A stretch of 32,000 nucleotides of DNA from Candidatus Saccharimonadota bacterium (lineage in GTDB: Bacteria; Pseudomonadota; Alphaproteobacteria; Rickettsiales; Anaplasmataceae), in NCBI GenBank assembly GCA_029715105.1, contig CP085695.1:630001-662000 (forward strand), given 5' to 3'. The position numbers and the translations under genes were made by a program. This document shows, piece by piece, positions 20,655 to 31,696 of this stretch. A model generated the notes under the pieces. It was given only the letters and a program-made list of their open reading frames with translations. It searched no databases and had not been told where the DNA came from. Numbering within the stretch: position 1 is the stretch's first letter; each line of letters starts with the position of its first letter.

Positions 20655-21054
20655 ATATGACCATTACTACAATTACTTTGTAAATTACAAAAATCATAAA
20701 TTTCAAAATTTGATATTATATTATAATGTCTTAAAACAAAATAAATAATTAAAATACTTCTCTCACTAAAGAGATCGCAATAACACTGAGTGTGACCCTA
20801 AAAATTCATCAAATTTTCAAACTTTAGTTCAAAATATTAATAATAATTTAAGATTAACAAAAATGTTGCCACGCTGATATTTATGCAGCTATTACATAGA
20901 ATAATACGAGAGAAGAACCGCAATTAAACAAATAAATTAACCAAAAGCTTTTAAAGGCAAAAGAGATTTTGCAAAACAAAACTTCATAAAAAACTTGTAT
21001 ATTTTACCAAATATAAATAAAAAGAAATAAAAATTTATCCACTTTCTTTTTTAA

Positions 21055-21333
21055 ATGACTAATTTTATAAAAAAAATTACTGTGCAGTGTGATTTTAATG
21101 GACAAAGGTCACCTTTTGTGATTCACATAGGAAACCCAAGAAATAATACTCATCCAATTCATCATCAAGATTTCTGGCTTGCAAGAGAACGTAGAGGCAG
21201 TATTCCCAATAAAGTAAAAGAAAGCTTACAAAAACTATATAGATTATCCCAACAAAATGGAATTCCGTTCTCAGAACTATGCGCATATGCCATTAACATA
21301 CTTAATATTAAACATAATAAAAACAACTCATAG
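21055..21333 (+). CDS. Small conserved hypothetical protein (possibly DUF2610-like)
   Basis: A 92-aa ORF with a non-low-complexity core (VQCDFNGQRSPFVIHIGNPRNNTHPIHHQDFWLARERRGSIP) that resembles a small protein conserved in alphaproteobacteria. The family assignment is from memory only. Confidence 0.55.
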   Translation: MTNFIKKITVQCDFNGQRSPFVIHIGNPRNNTHPIHHQDFWLARERRGSIPNKVKESLQKLYRLSQQNGIPFSELCAYAINILNIKHNKNNS

Positions 21334-21347
21334 AAAATTTTTTAGCT

Positions 21348-22169
21348 TTAACCCCTTAAAATTTCATTTATAGAAACCTTTAATCTTGTACTCTTATCCA
21401 CCCTTTTTATTATAATTGCACAATAAATCGAGATATTGTTTTTTGATAAAAATGATCCCGGTACAACTACAGAATAAGAAGGCACTTCACCATAAAATAC
21501 TTCATTCGTTTCTCTGTCGATAATTTTAGTCGATGCTCCAATAAAAACACCCATACCCAAAACTGCTCCTTCCCTTATTATAACACCCTCAACTACTTCA
21601 CTACGCGCTCCAATAAAACAATTATCTTCTATAATAACTGGAAAAGCCCGAATAGGCTCTAAAACTCCTCCAATTCCCACTCCTCCGGAAATATGACAAT
21701 TTTTCCCTATTTGTGCACAACTACCAACCGTTGACCAAGTATCTATCATTGTATTCGAATCAACATATGCACCAACATTAATAAAACTCGGCATAAGAAC
21801 AACGTTTGTACCTATATAGGCAGAGTGACGAACAAAACACCCAGGTATTGCTCTAATCTTTGACCTACGGAATCTTTCCTCATCCCACTTATCAAATTTA
21901 CTACTAATCTTATCATACGACCAATTATTTTCACCTATTATTCTATTTTCTTCAATGAGAAAATGTAACAATATTGCCTGTTTTATCCATGCATGCACCA
22001 CCCACTCCCCACTTGATAACTTTTCTGTCACTCTAATCTTACCATTATCTAAAAGTTCAATTACCTCTCTTACTGCTACTTTTGCCGATTCTTTTATACT
22101 TCGTTCACTAAGTCTATGTTTATTTTCCCAAATATCTCTTATATCATCTTGCATTTTGTTCAGTAACAT
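21348..22169 (-). CDS. dapD: 2,3,4,5-tetrahydropyridine-2,6-dicarboxylate N-succinyltransferase
   Basis: A DapD-type N-terminal domain (...[15 protein letters not shown]...) followed by left-handed beta-helix hexapeptide repeats (...[19 protein letters not shown]...[18 protein letters not shown]...). Confidence 0.9.
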   Translation of the reverse strand: MLLNKMQDDIRDIWENKHRLSERSIKESAKVAVREVIELLDNGKIRVTEKLSSGEWVVHAWIKQAILLHFLIEENRIIGENNWSYDKISSKFDKWDEERFRRSKIRAIPGCFVRHSAYIGTNVVLMPSFINVGAYVDSNTMIDTWSTVGSCAQIGKNCHISGGVGIGGVLEPIRAFPVIIEDNCFIGARSEVVEGVIIREGAVLGMGVFIGASTKIIDRETNEVFYGEVPSYSVVVPGSFLSKNNISIYCAIIIKRVDKSTRLKVSINEILRG

Positions 22170-22657
22170 ATATTCTTTTATATAAATATAAACAACAGTC
22201 TCATAATCTTACTTTAAAAAGTAAATAAAACTAATCTAAAAAATAGATAAATATATTAACAAAATGTAACTAAAACGCAAGCAAAACCACGTTAAATAAA
22301 TTCAAAAATACAAAATAAATAAGTTTTATTAAGATAAAATCTTATTCTTAAAATAAGAAACCGCAAAATATATAAATATTGCTCTCAAGTAAAAGAATGT
22401 TGTATATAAAAACTATACTCTCTGTGCTATAAAACACTCCTCTTACTATTATATTATAATGTAGCCCAAAAACACATAAAATGTAAAATAAAATAAAAAT
22501 ATTAAAATATGTAAAACATAATAAAATAGAATATAATTCTAAAATGTAAATCCCAAACCTTCTTATTTTTAAATATAAAACAGATATATAGTAAATATTT
22601 CTTGTATTTCAAATTTAGTTAGTCTAATCTCTGTATTATTAAAATAAAGTTAAAACT

Positions 22658-22730
22658 GGGGGCGTAGCTCAGTTGGTAGAGCATCTGTCTTGCACACAGA
22701 AGGTCAGCGGTTCGATGCCGCTTGCCTCCA
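22658..22730 (+). tRNA. tRNA-Ala (anticodon UGC), CCA not encoded
   Basis: Hand-folded cloverleaf. The acceptor GGGGGCG pairs with TGCCTCC and includes the Ala identity pair G3:U70. The D arm is GCTC/GAGC. The anticodon stem is TCTGT/ACAGA with loop CTTGCAC. The T arm is AGCGG-TTCGATG-CCGCT. The discriminator is A at 22730, followed by CAC. Confidence 0.92.
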
Positions 22731-22942
22731 CACTAGTTTAAATAAACTTATACAGAATTAAAAAGCAATATAACAATAATGTAAACAGCAAAATTTCTCA
22801 ACTAATATTTAAAAAACCCTCAATAGTGACCCTAGTGACTCAATCTCAAATTAGAAAATATTTTAAAATAACACAGATTATCTCTCCTGCACTATAAAAT
22901 TACCGTACTTCAAATTTTAAAATGATAAAGAAATACACAATA

Positions 22943-24283
22943 TTAAATTGTGCTTACTTTCTTTAATCTTTCAATAGTATTTTCTCTACCAATAAAAACT
23001 AATAACTTAGCAAGTTCTGGTCCAGTTTTTACACCTGTTAATACTAAACGTAACTGCATAAACAAATCTTTTATTTTTATATCTACTTTTTGCTGAATAT
23101 TCTTAACCCATTCTAATAATGTATTCTCATTAAAATCACCATAATGTAACGCATCAAGAGCAATTTTTACAAGTTCTTTATCGAGAATTATAGGTTTTAC
23201 TACTATATTGTTGTATTTACATATTTTCCACCATTTAACTGTCTCAGAAAATCTTTTTATATTACTTCTTATAAAGTACCAAAATTCTGGAGAATTTACT
23301 CCAATTCGATTTAAACGCTCCTTCATCATTGCAAATGACATTTGCCTTAAAATTTTACTATTTAGTTTATATATTTCAGTAAAATTAAACTTTATAGGTG
23401 CTGAACCAAATTTTTCAATATCAAATGAATCAATTAGAAATTGAATGTTATATGATTTAATCGGATCTGAAGTTCCAAGATTTGATAAATAAGTAATAAG
23501 CGTTATTGGTTCAATTTCATCTTCTTTAATCGATCTTATGTTCAATCCAATTTTACGTTTTGACATTTTCTTATCATTATTAAAATATAATAAAGGAAGA
23601 TGAGCAAACGTATAAATCTTTGCTTTTAGCGCTCGAATTATTTGTATTTGTATCGCAGTATTAGTTATATGGTCTTCTCCACGTACAACATGCGTTATAT
23701 TGAAGTCAATATCGTCAATAACGGAAGGTAACATATACGTATATATTCCATCCTCCCTCTTTACTATTGGATCACTGATATGATTCATTGCAATATTTAT
23801 AATTCCTTTAATTTCATCATTCCAACTAATAATCTCATTTCTATTCAGCTTAAATCTAAAATGCGGTTTTCGTCCTTCTTTCTTATAAAGAATTTTTTCT
23901 TGCTCAGTAAGAAACAACGCGCTCCTATCATATATAGGTGGTAATCCACATTTTAACTGTAATTTACGCTTAATATCTAACTCTTCCCTCGTTTCATAGC
24001 ATGCATAAATATATCCATCTTTTACTAATTGTAAAAATATCTCATTGTAACGCTCAAAACGCTCTGACTGCCTAAAATTAAAATCCCAATTTATACCCAT
24101 CCATCTCAAATCTTGTACAATGCTATCTATATATTTAATATCCGAACGACAAATATCAGTATCATCAAAACGAAGTATAAATTTTCCCTTTTTATTACGC
24201 GCATACATCCAACAGATAAGTGCAGTACGAATATTTCCTATATGAAGATGACCAGTTGGACTCGGAGCAAATCTTGTTAACAC
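22943..24283 (-). CDS. gltX: Glutamate-tRNA ligase
   Basis: [19 protein letters not shown] contains the HIGH motif, and KMSKR is present. The 446-aa length fits the short GluRS paralogues of Rickettsiales. The start codon is GTG. Confidence 0.9.
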   Translation of the reverse strand: MLTRFAPSPTGHLHIGNIRTALICWMYARNKKGKFILRFDDTDICRSDIKYIDSIVQDLRWMGINWDFNFRQSERFERYNEIFLQLVKDGYIYACYETREELDIKRKLQLKCGLPPIYDRSALFLTEQEKILYKKEGRKPHFRFKLNRNEIISWNDEIKGIINIAMNHISDPIVKREDGIYTYMLPSVIDDIDFNITHVVRGEDHITNTAIQIQIIRALKAKIYTFAHLPLLYFNNDKKMSKRKIGLNIRSIKEDEIEPITLITYLSNLGTSDPIKSYNIQFLIDSFDIEKFGSAPIKFNFTEIYKLNSKILRQMSFAMMKERLNRIGVNSPEFWYFIRSNIKRFSETVKWWKICKYNNIVVKPIILDKELVKIALDALHYGDFNENTLLEWVKNIQQKVDIKIKDLFMQLRLVLTGVKTGPELAKLLVFIGRENTIERLKKVSTI

Positions 24284-24705
24284 TAATTTATATTATTTAT
24301 ATAACTTCATTAATAGTATAACTTTATTAAAGTAAAATGAATTATGCAACACAAACAAGATAACATAAAATTTTTCATAATTTCCACAAATTTTTCTAAA
24401 AAACATAGAAACCGATTTCCTTTTAGGAACATTTATAAATATCTTATTATTAAAGGTATTTAATTTTAATTAGTCTTCATCTATATAATATAGAAATAAA
24501 TTTACAAAAATTATAAAACATAATTAAATAAATTAAAGTTAATTCCCTAAAGAATTTTACGAAAACATAATAGACATTTTATACTAATCAAAATACTAAA
24601 TAACGTCACTGTATAATTAAACTATAAAATCAAAATAGGTTTTAAAAAATTATTTAAAGTAAACTTACATCATATATGATAATTATAATTATCTATACAG
24701 ATTTA

Positions 24706-25983
24706 CTAACAATCTTTATTAATAAAAAGCCTCACTCTTTCTTCAATAATATAACGAAAATGCCTAATCATTCCCTGAACTGGCCAAACTGCAGCATCAC
24801 CAAATGCACAAATCGTATGCCCTTCTATTTGAGATGTAATATCTAATATTTTATCTATTTCATCAAACCTAATATCCCCTTTAACCATCCTTTTCATAAT
24901 TCTCCATATCCATCCGGTACCTTCACGACACGGAGCACACTGCCCACATGATTCATGCATATAAAAATATGATAATCTCTCTATCGCAGCTATTATATCA
25001 GTAGACTTATCCATTACTATAACACCAGCAGTACCAAGACCCGATTGTACAGCTCTCAATGAATCAAAATCCATTTCAACAACATCACATACAGATTTCG
25101 GAATAAGCGGCATTGAAGACCCTCCAGGTATAACAGCAAGTAAGTTATTCCAGCCACCCCGTACTCCACCAGCATATTTTTCAATCAATTCACGTAACGG
25201 AATTCCAAGTTCCTCTTCAACATTACACGGATTATTTACATGTCCTGAAATACAAAATATTTTAGTACCAGTATTATTCGGTTTTCCGAGAGATGCAAAC
25301 CATTCTCCTCCACGATACAAAATATCCGGAATCATAGCTATAGTCTCAACGTTATTTATCATAGTTGGACAACCAAAAAGACCGACAGTCGCAGGAAACG
25401 GTGGTTTTATACGAGGAAAACCCTTTTTCCCCTCAATCGATTCAAGCTGAGCAGTTTCTTCTCCACATATATAAGCCCCAGCTCCTCTATGTATAAATAC
25501 ATTAAAATCATAACCAGATTTACAAGCATCTTTCCCGAGAAAACCTTCTTTATAAGCTTCCTCAAGTGCTTCTCTTAAAACCAAATATTCATCATAAAAC
25601 TCACCCCTAATATAAATATACGCAGTAGAAGACTGAATTGCCCTCCCAGCTAAAAGAACACCTTCAAGTAATTTATGCGGCTCATACCGCAGTATATCCC
25701 TATCCTTACAAGTACCTGGCTCCGACTCGTCTGCATTAACTACTAAATACGTTGGATGTTCTCTCAATGGATTTTTAGGCATAAAACTCCATTTTAGACC
25801 TGTAAGAAAACCTGCACCTCCTCTACCTCTTAAACCTGATTTTTTTACCTCATCAATAATTTTTTCTGATCCTAAATCCAATAAAACCTTTGTTTTTCGC
25901 CAACTACCCCTCTTCTTTGCTCCCCTAAGCAAGGGAGTTTCCTCGCCATCCAGGTTGGTAAATATTCTATTCTGCTTTTCCAT
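24706..25983 (-). CDS. nuoF: NADH-quinone oxidoreductase subunit F
   Basis: [16 protein letters not shown] (FMN/NADH site), ...[16 protein letters not shown]..., and the 4Fe-4S motif [12 protein letters not shown]. Confidence 0.95.
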   Translation of the reverse strand: MEKQNRIFTNLDGEETPLLRGAKKRGSWRKTKVLLDLGSEKIIDEVKKSGLRGRGGAGFLTGLKWSFMPKNPLREHPTYLVVNADESEPGTCKDRDILRYEPHKLLEGVLLAGRAIQSSTAYIYIRGEFYDEYLVLREALEEAYKEGFLGKDACKSGYDFNVFIHRGAGAYICGEETAQLESIEGKKGFPRIKPPFPATVGLFGCPTMINNVETIAMIPDILYRGGEWFASLGKPNNTGTKIFCISGHVNNPCNVEEELGIPLRELIEKYAGGVRGGWNNLLAVIPGGSSMPLIPKSVCDVVEMDFDSLRAVQSGLGTAGVIVMDKSTDIIAAIERLSYFYMHESCGQCAPCREGTGWIWRIMKRMVKGDIRFDEIDKILDITSQIEGHTICAFGDAAVWPVQGMIRHFRYIIEERVRLFINKDC

Positions 25984-26603
25984 TATATCTCTTTACCATG
26001 GAATATAACTAACATCAAACATAGATACTACTCACATCTATTATTGATTGTTTTATAACAATATAAAAATAACCCCTCCTCTATACAAGTCATACGCACT
26101 ATAAAATTAAAAATTTGCAAGAAATTAAAACAAAAATCAATAAAATTATAAAACTATAAAATAGTAGTCATACTAAAACTTTAATCAATTTTGCAATATT
26201 ACTACTTAAATTAAGCAATAACTAAAATTAACAAATTTAATTATTAATTACTATTTATTAATATTATCTTAACAAAGAATCATTTAAAATGAAATAAATT
26301 TGAACACATAAACAAAACTTGATTAATAGATTATTAATATCTAAATTTTCTATTATTAAAATAAATTCATTTTGCAAATATATAACCAATAAGAAGCAAT
26401 CCTATCTTTACAAAAGACATATTTAACATAAACAAAAAGTTATATATTTATTAAACTTACCAGATCTTTTAATCACAAATTAATTCTACAACTCCTCTAA
26501 AGAGAGTAACGTAAAATTGTTTATTTTCCGTCACAAACACTTCACACTAGTAAATTCATCAGTCTTTCGTAATAAAAACAAATCTCACCCTAGTTAACAT
26601 AAC

Positions 26604-26632
26604 TTTACTAAATTCCAAAACTTAGCTAAAAT
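26604..26632 (+). promoter_or_regulatory. Candidate sigma70-type promoter for the MFS transporter gene
   Basis: TTTACT (26604-26609), a 17-nt spacer, then TAAAAT (26627-26632), about 20 nt upstream of the ATG at 26652. Confidence 0.3.
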
Positions 26633-26651
26633 AAAAGAAAACATTTACTTA

Positions 26652-27932
26652 ATGTGGCGTAATCAACAAACAAAAGCATTAATATCTACAATACTCTGTA
26701 GAATAGCAATATGGTACGATCATATGCTTTTTATTGATCTAGTCAATATAATTAGTAGAGAATTTTGTTATGCACAAAATATTTACTATAAAATATTACA
26801 ATTGTTCGGAATTACAGGACTTGGCGCTATGATAAGACCACTTGGTGCATCAATATTTGGTCATATTGGCGATAGACATGGAAGAAAAATAACATTAACA
26901 ATCGCAATCCTACTAATATCAGTTCCATCTAGTTTTATTGCAATTATTCCAAGTTACAATAAAATAGGAATAACATCCACTATATTACTTCTTATAATTC
27001 ATCTAATACAGGGAATTGCACTTGGCGCTGAACAAGGAGGCAGTTCAGTTTATTTAATAGAACATTTATCTAATAAAAAAAAATTAGGAATGTTTTTCGG
27101 AATAATAAGTTTCGGTCGTTCCATTGGAGTGTTACTTTCTGTAATAACAGTTATAATTTGCAAAAAAATCACTGATTTTAACGCTTGGGGATGGAGAATA
27201 CCGTTTGTTTTTTCGGCTATTTGTGGATTAACCAGTGCATACAGTATATATGCATTGGGAGAAACTCCAGAATATAAAAAAAATCAAAAACAAAAAAATT
27301 TATCTAATTTACCAATATTAGAACTTATAGGACATTATAAAAGAGCCCTTATACTTGCAATTTTAATATCTATACCAGTTAATGTTGTAGTTGGATTTAC
27401 TATATTTCTTAGAACAATTGCAAAAGAAATAATATTAGTTGAAACATATGTGATAACATATCTCAATGAGATTATGCTTATTGCTACCAGCGTACTAATA
27501 CCAGTATTTTCCATAGCATTTGGAATATTAGCTGATAGAATAGGAAAAGAGCGCACTGCAATCCTATTTATAGTAATTACTATAGTGCTATGTTGTCCTA
27601 TGTTGTTTATCGCACACTATTACAAAAGTTATCCTATAATTATGCTTAATGTTATGATTCTATCAATAATAGAAAGGGGTATAAATCCTATAGGGATAGT
27701 GGCATCTAAACTTTTTCCTGCCAACATTAGATTCAGCGGAGTAAGCTTATCCCGCAATATCTCTTATGCTTTGCACGGAGGATTTACTCCAATGATATGT
27801 ACTTGGTTTACCATAATATTTCCTAAAATAAATTTCGCTGCTGGATTATATGTGATCTTCTGTTTGTTATTAAGTTTAATAGCAATACTACAGATAAAAC
27901 CCCAAGATAAATGTCTTCATCTCCATATGTAA
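26652..27932 (+). CDS. MFS transporter, ProP-like (proline/betaine transporter family)
   Basis: GHIGDRHGRK is the MFS loop 2-3 motif. WGWRIPFVFSA...LGETPEYKK matches the ProP-family mid-region. The protein has about 12 hydrophobic helices and is 426 aa long. Confidence 0.8.
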   Translation: MWRNQQTKALISTILCRIAIWYDHMLFIDLVNIISREFCYAQNIYYKILQLFGITGLGAMIRPLGASIFGHIGDRHGRKITLTIAILLISVPSSFIAIIPSYNKIGITSTILLLIIHLIQGIALGAEQGGSSVYLIEHLSNKKKLGMFFGIISFGRSIGVLLSVITVIICKKITDFNAWGWRIPFVFSAICGLTSAYSIYALGETPEYKKNQKQKNLSNLPILELIGHYKRALILAILISIPVNVVVGFTIFLRTIAKEIILVETYVITYLNEIMLIATSVLIPVFSIAFGILADRIGKERTAILFIVITIVLCCPMLFIAHYYKSYPIIMLNVMILSIIERGINPIGIVASKLFPANIRFSGVSLSRNISYALHGGFTPMICTWFTIIFPKINFAAGLYVIFCLLLSLIAILQIKPQDKCLHLHM

Positions 27933-28036
27933 CAACTATACAATTAATACGTTCAAAATATTTTTATAGAAAATATCAAAAATACAAAATATAAAATACT
28001 TGCTCAATTAAATTTGTCCAAATAATCAAAACATAA

Positions 28037-28474
28037 TCAAGTTCTCAATTCTTCGAAAAAATCTTTTAATAAAAGAGAACACTTTGTCTCTAATATCCCA
28101 CCATAAATTTCAGGCATATAACTACAATGTTGCAATATCTTAATACCACTTTCAGTTCTACCACTAGGGTTATAATAAGCTCCAAAGTATAATCGTCTAA
28201 TTTTTGCAAAAGAAATAGCTTGAATGCACATTGGACATGGTTCTAACGTTACGTATATATCAGATTCATAAAATATAGATTTTGAAAACGATCTACAAGC
28301 CTGTCTAATTACTAACATCTCCGCATGTGCGGTTGGGTCATCAGACATATTATGAGCAAAAGAAATAATATCATCACTTCTACTTACCAATACAGCACCT
28401 ATCGGAACTTCATCATTTTTCCTAGCAATCCTTGCTTGCTCTATTGCAAACTCCATATATCGATATTTAAACAT
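28037..28474 (-). CDS. tadA: tRNA-specific adenosine deaminase
   Basis: The CDA-fold zinc motifs HAEMLVIRQA and PCPMCIQAI are present. The 145-aa size fits, and the gene lies 2 nt downstream of pyrG. Confidence 0.85.
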   Translation of the reverse strand: MFKYRYMEFAIEQARIARKNDEVPIGAVLVSRSDDIISFAHNMSDDPTAHAEMLVIRQACRSFSKSIFYESDIYVTLEPCPMCIQAISFAKIRRLYFGAYYNPSGRTESGIKILQHCSYMPEIYGGILETKCSLLLKDFFEELRT

Positions 28475-28476
28475 TT

Positions 28477-30090
28477 TTATACCACTGTATCAATTGCTGC
28501 TTTAATAAAAGATACAAAAAGAGAATGAGGAGAAAACGGTTTCGATTGAAACTCTGGATGAAATTGTACACCAATAAACCACGGATGCTTTCTTAACTCC
28601 ACCGCTTCTATATACATTCCATCTTCTGATAATCCACTACATATTAATCCATTTTTTTCTAAATCATTTCTATAATCTGAATTAACTATGTATCTATGTC
28701 TGTGCCTCTCAAAAATAATAGTCTTACCATTATATACATCTGCTACCTTTGAACTTGGTCTTATATTACATCCATATGCTCCGAGTCTCATAGTTCCACC
28801 AAGTCCAATTTTTTCATTATAAACTAACTTAACAACAGGATGCTTGCAGTTACAAAATTCCTCGGAATGTACATCTTCAAGCTTAATAACATTGCGAGCA
28901 AATTCAATAACAGCAAGTTGCATGCCAAGACATATTCCAAGAAATGGTATATTGCGCACACGCGCATAATTTATTGCCAATATTTTACCCTCTACTCCAT
29001 TATCACCAAACCCCCCCGGAACAAGAATCGCATTAGAATTATATAATTTTTCTTCTATAAATTTCTTATCAAAAAATCTTTCATTTTTATCCCTTGAATT
29101 AATCCAATTAATTTTCATCTTAACTTTATTACTAATTGCACCATGATTTAACGCTTCAACTAATGATTTATATGCATCCGGAAATTCAATATATTTTCCT
29201 ACTACAGACACAATAATCTCACGCGTTATATCTTTCATAGAAAGCACTATTTGATTCCATTCAGTTAATCTCGGTTTTGGTTTATTTAAATTAAAATGTT
29301 TCAAAACTTGTATACCAAGTCCACGTTGATTATACAAAATTGGTAACTCATATATATGACTTACATCAGGAACTGACATTACATTAGATAATGAAACATT
29401 ACAAAGATTTGCTATCTTTTTTCTTTGATTATCAAAAATTTCTCTCTCACTACGACACAATATAATATCTGGTTGCAATCCAGCGAAATTTAATTCTCGA
29501 ATTGAATGCTGTGTAGGTTTTGTTTTTAATTCTTGGGCTGCGGTAAGATATGGTACCAATGTTAAATGGATAAGAATAACCATTTGTTTTCCAAGCATAA
29601 AATTAATTTGACGTATAGCCTCTAAAAAAGGCTGACTCTCGATATCACCTACAGTTCCGCCAATTTCACATATCATAAAATCTAGATCCTCAGTATTATT
29701 GAAAATAAAAGATTTAATTAAATCTGTAACATGCGGAATAACTTGTACGGTTTTGCCTAGATAATCACCATGCCTTTCTTTTCTAAGAAGCTCATAATAT
29801 ATCTTACCAGTCGTTATATTATCATCTCTTGTTGCATTAATTCCTGTAAAGCGCTCATAATGTCCAAGATCTAAATCAGTCTCAGCACCATCTTCAGTAA
29901 CAAATACCTCACCATGTTGAATTGGATCCATTGTTCCAGGGTCAATATTTAAATATGGATCAAGTTTTCTAATACGAACTTTAAAGCTATAAGATTGCAA
30001 AAGCGCACCAATACTCGAAGCAACTAAACCTTTACCAAGAGAAGAAACCACTCCTCCTGTTATAAAAATAAACTTAGCTTTCCTCATCAA
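28477..30090 (-). CDS. pyrG: CTP synthase
   Basis: [16 protein letters not shown] at the N-terminus, the GATase Cys in GICLGMQL, and HRHRY...FHPEF. The ORF-track start at 30090 is TTG. The ATG at 30087 is more likely and overlaps the secG stop as TGATG. Confidence 0.95.
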   Translation of the reverse strand: MMRKAKFIFITGGVVSSLGKGLVASSIGALLQSYSFKVRIRKLDPYLNIDPGTMDPIQHGEVFVTEDGAETDLDLGHYERFTGINATRDDNITTGKIYYELLRKERHGDYLGKTVQVIPHVTDLIKSFIFNNTEDLDFMICEIGGTVGDIESQPFLEAIRQINFMLGKQMVILIHLTLVPYLTAAQELKTKPTQHSIRELNFAGLQPDIILCRSEREIFDNQRKKIANLCNVSLSNVMSVPDVSHIYELPILYNQRGLGIQVLKHFNLNKPKPRLTEWNQIVLSMKDITREIIVSVVGKYIEFPDAYKSLVEALNHGAISNKVKMKINWINSRDKNERFFDKKFIEEKLYNSNAILVPGGFGDNGVEGKILAINYARVRNIPFLGICLGMQLAVIEFARNVIKLEDVHSEEFCNCKHPVVKLVYNEKIGLGGTMRLGAYGCNIRPSSKVADVYNGKTIIFERHRHRYIVNSDYRNDLEKNGLICSGLSEDGMYIEAVELRKHPWFIGVQFHPEFQSKPFSPHSLFVSFIKAAIDTVV

Positions 30091-30410
30091 TTATTTTCAA
30101 AAGGAACAGAGGTATGTTCATATTCTTGTTTTTTTTCTAACAAGATTCTCTCTGCGATTGATTTTTTATGCGCACCTTTTGCGTATAATCCAGATAATAA
30201 TAATGTATTTATAATAAATAGCCCCGCAACCATAACAGTTATTTTATTAAGCGAATTTACAGAAGATTTCATTTGAACAATTGAACTAAATCTCCCATGT
30301 TGCGAATTAAAACCACTCAATGAACTACTCCCAGGAGGTTGAAAAAGCACTAAAACCACTAAAATAATAACTAATATTATTTGAAAAATACTCAGTATTG
30401 TTATTGACAT
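30087..30410 (-). CDS. secG: Preprotein translocase subunit SecG
   Basis: From the ATG at 30410 the 107-aa product has two TM helices flanking the SecG loop ([14 protein letters not shown]). The secG-pyrG adjacency supports the call. The 30 extra residues from the ORF-track start at 30500 would cover a near-consensus promoter, so the shorter start is preferred. Confidence 0.75.
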   Translation of the reverse strand: MSITILSIFQIILVIILVVLVLFQPPGSSSLSGFNSQHGRFSSIVQMKSSVNSLNKITVMVAGLFIINTLLLSGLYAKGAHKKSIAERILLEKKQEYEHTSVPFENN

Positions 30411-30432
30411 TACTACAGAATAAAAAATAAGA

Positions 30433-30461
30433 ATTTTATGAGCATAAAATACACAAGTCAA
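30433..30461 (-). promoter_or_regulatory. Candidate sigma70-type promoter for the secG-pyrG-tadA unit
   Basis: In minus-strand sense: TTGACT (30461-30456), a 17-nt spacer, then TAAAAT (30438-30433), 22 nt upstream of the ATG at 30410. This is the best -35/-10 match I found in the window. Confidence 0.45.
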
Positions 30462-31054
30462 GAAACATCTCTCTACTAATAATAAGGGAGTTAAACTCAA
30501 ACAATAATGGGTGTAAGAATTTAATTTTCTTATTATTTTATTAAAACAATTCTAAAAACTCATCTTGATAAGATATATGACATTATATAATTATAAAATT
30601 TCACCACCCTCCCATAATACTTATATATTTTTTAAATATATTTCCTCTCTTTATCCTATATTTTTAATTGGTCAATTTATAGTAAAATTATTAAAAATAA
30701 TATCTCCATACACCCAAAGACAAACATACCCATTTTATGATGAAAGATAAACCCCGCTATAAATTTATTATATATATCATTTTATCTATAGGATTAAAGA
30801 GCCAAAAACATTTGAAATAAATTAAAATAATAACTATTTAGTGAACCATGTAAAAGAAGATATTAAAATGAAACCTCTACACTTTTGAAAACAAAATTTG
30901 CCGTCTATCATCTCTCTTCCTTGAAGAAAACTATCACACTCAATTTTCAAACGAAAAACTATACAGCATTAATTCTTTTCCAAACATTCCCTTTTTAAAT
31001 TCTATAAAAATAACACAATATTACCACTACAACACCTTATATTAGCCACAACTC

Positions 31055-31696
31055 TCAACACCCTAAATTTCTCTTAATAAACTCTACACCTATCTTTATG
31101 CCTTCTTCATTAATAATATGGCCTAATGCATGAATTTTATGACTCTCGACATTTACTCCATTTTTTCTTAAAAATTTGACTGCTAAATTAAAGAAAGAAA
31201 AATGTACTATATTATCAGCATCACCATGAATAATACACATATTTGGCCTTGATCTAATCTCTTGTGAAACCCTTGAAGGTGAAAGAAATCTACCAGAATA
31301 CGCAACAACCGATGCACAAGATTGAGGACGAACAAGAGAAGCGTGTATTGCAAGCATTGCACCTTGTGAAAACCCAATAAAAGAAAGTTGTCCATCATTT
31401 AAATTGAGTTTCTTTAATTTCATATCAACAAAATGATTTATTATTAATGCAGCATTTTTCACTCCATGATATAGTACATCTTCACTACGATCCTCTAAAC
31501 TAAACCATTGATAACCGTTATCTTCCCTTTTAAATGGAGCGTTTGGTGCTATAAAGCATGAATCAGGTAAAGACTTACTCATAATTTTAGCAAGATGAAT
31601 AAAATTATCCCCACTTGACCCCCATCCATGCAAACAAACAATTAAACTGCTTTTATTTCTACTATTACAAATTTCTGGACCCTTAAGTTCAATCAT
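31055..31696 (-). CDS. Alpha/beta hydrolase, phospholipase/carboxylesterase family
   Basis: LHGWGSSG (oxyanion region), the nucleophile elbow GFSQGA, then HGDADNIV and LGH provide a Ser-Asp-His triad with the spacing of the carboxylesterase/lysophospholipase family. The product is 213 aa. Confidence 0.8.
   Translation of the reverse strand: MIELKGPEICNSRNKSSLIVCLHGWGSSGDNFIHLAKIMSKSLPDSCFIAPNAPFKREDNGYQWFSLEDRSEDVLYHGVKNAALIINHFVDMKLKKLNLNDGQLSFIGFSQGAMLAIHASLVRPQSCASVVAYSGRFLSPSRVSQEIRSRPNMCIIHGDADNIVHFSFFNLAVKFLRKNGVNVESHKIHALGHIINEEGIKIGVEFIKRNLGC

Noticed and set aside
20677-20691. A 15-bp palindrome, TTTGTAA-A-TTACAAA, upstream of the methyltransferase gene
   Set aside because: My rough estimate is that one or more 7-bp inverted repeats per spacer length arise by chance across the spacers. 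There is no second copy or other support for an operator.
24669-24690. The AT-only palindromes ATCATATATGAT and AATTATAATT just downstream of nuoF
   Set aside because: Pure A/T palindromes of this length are expected in ~20% GC DNA. There is no loop and no U-tract to make a terminator.
30565-30750. A 61-aa ORF in the secG-hydrolase spacer
   Set aside because: It is low-complexity and Tyr/Ile/Phe-rich. It has a non-ATG start in the track, no SD or promoter context, and no recognisable motif. It is most likely a chance frame in decayed DNA.
5734-31398. Short ORFs antisense to or overlapping real genes: 5734-5937, 9015-9218, 14277-14537, 14571-14807, 14926-15144, 15186-15380, 17136-17468, 18723-18968, 21095-21286, 21955-22185, 23208-23444, 27335-27556, 28325-28528, 28840-29046, 31207-31398
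   Set aside because: Each is embedded in a well-supported conserved gene on the opposite strand or in another frame. None has a recognisable motif. They are typical shadow ORFs.
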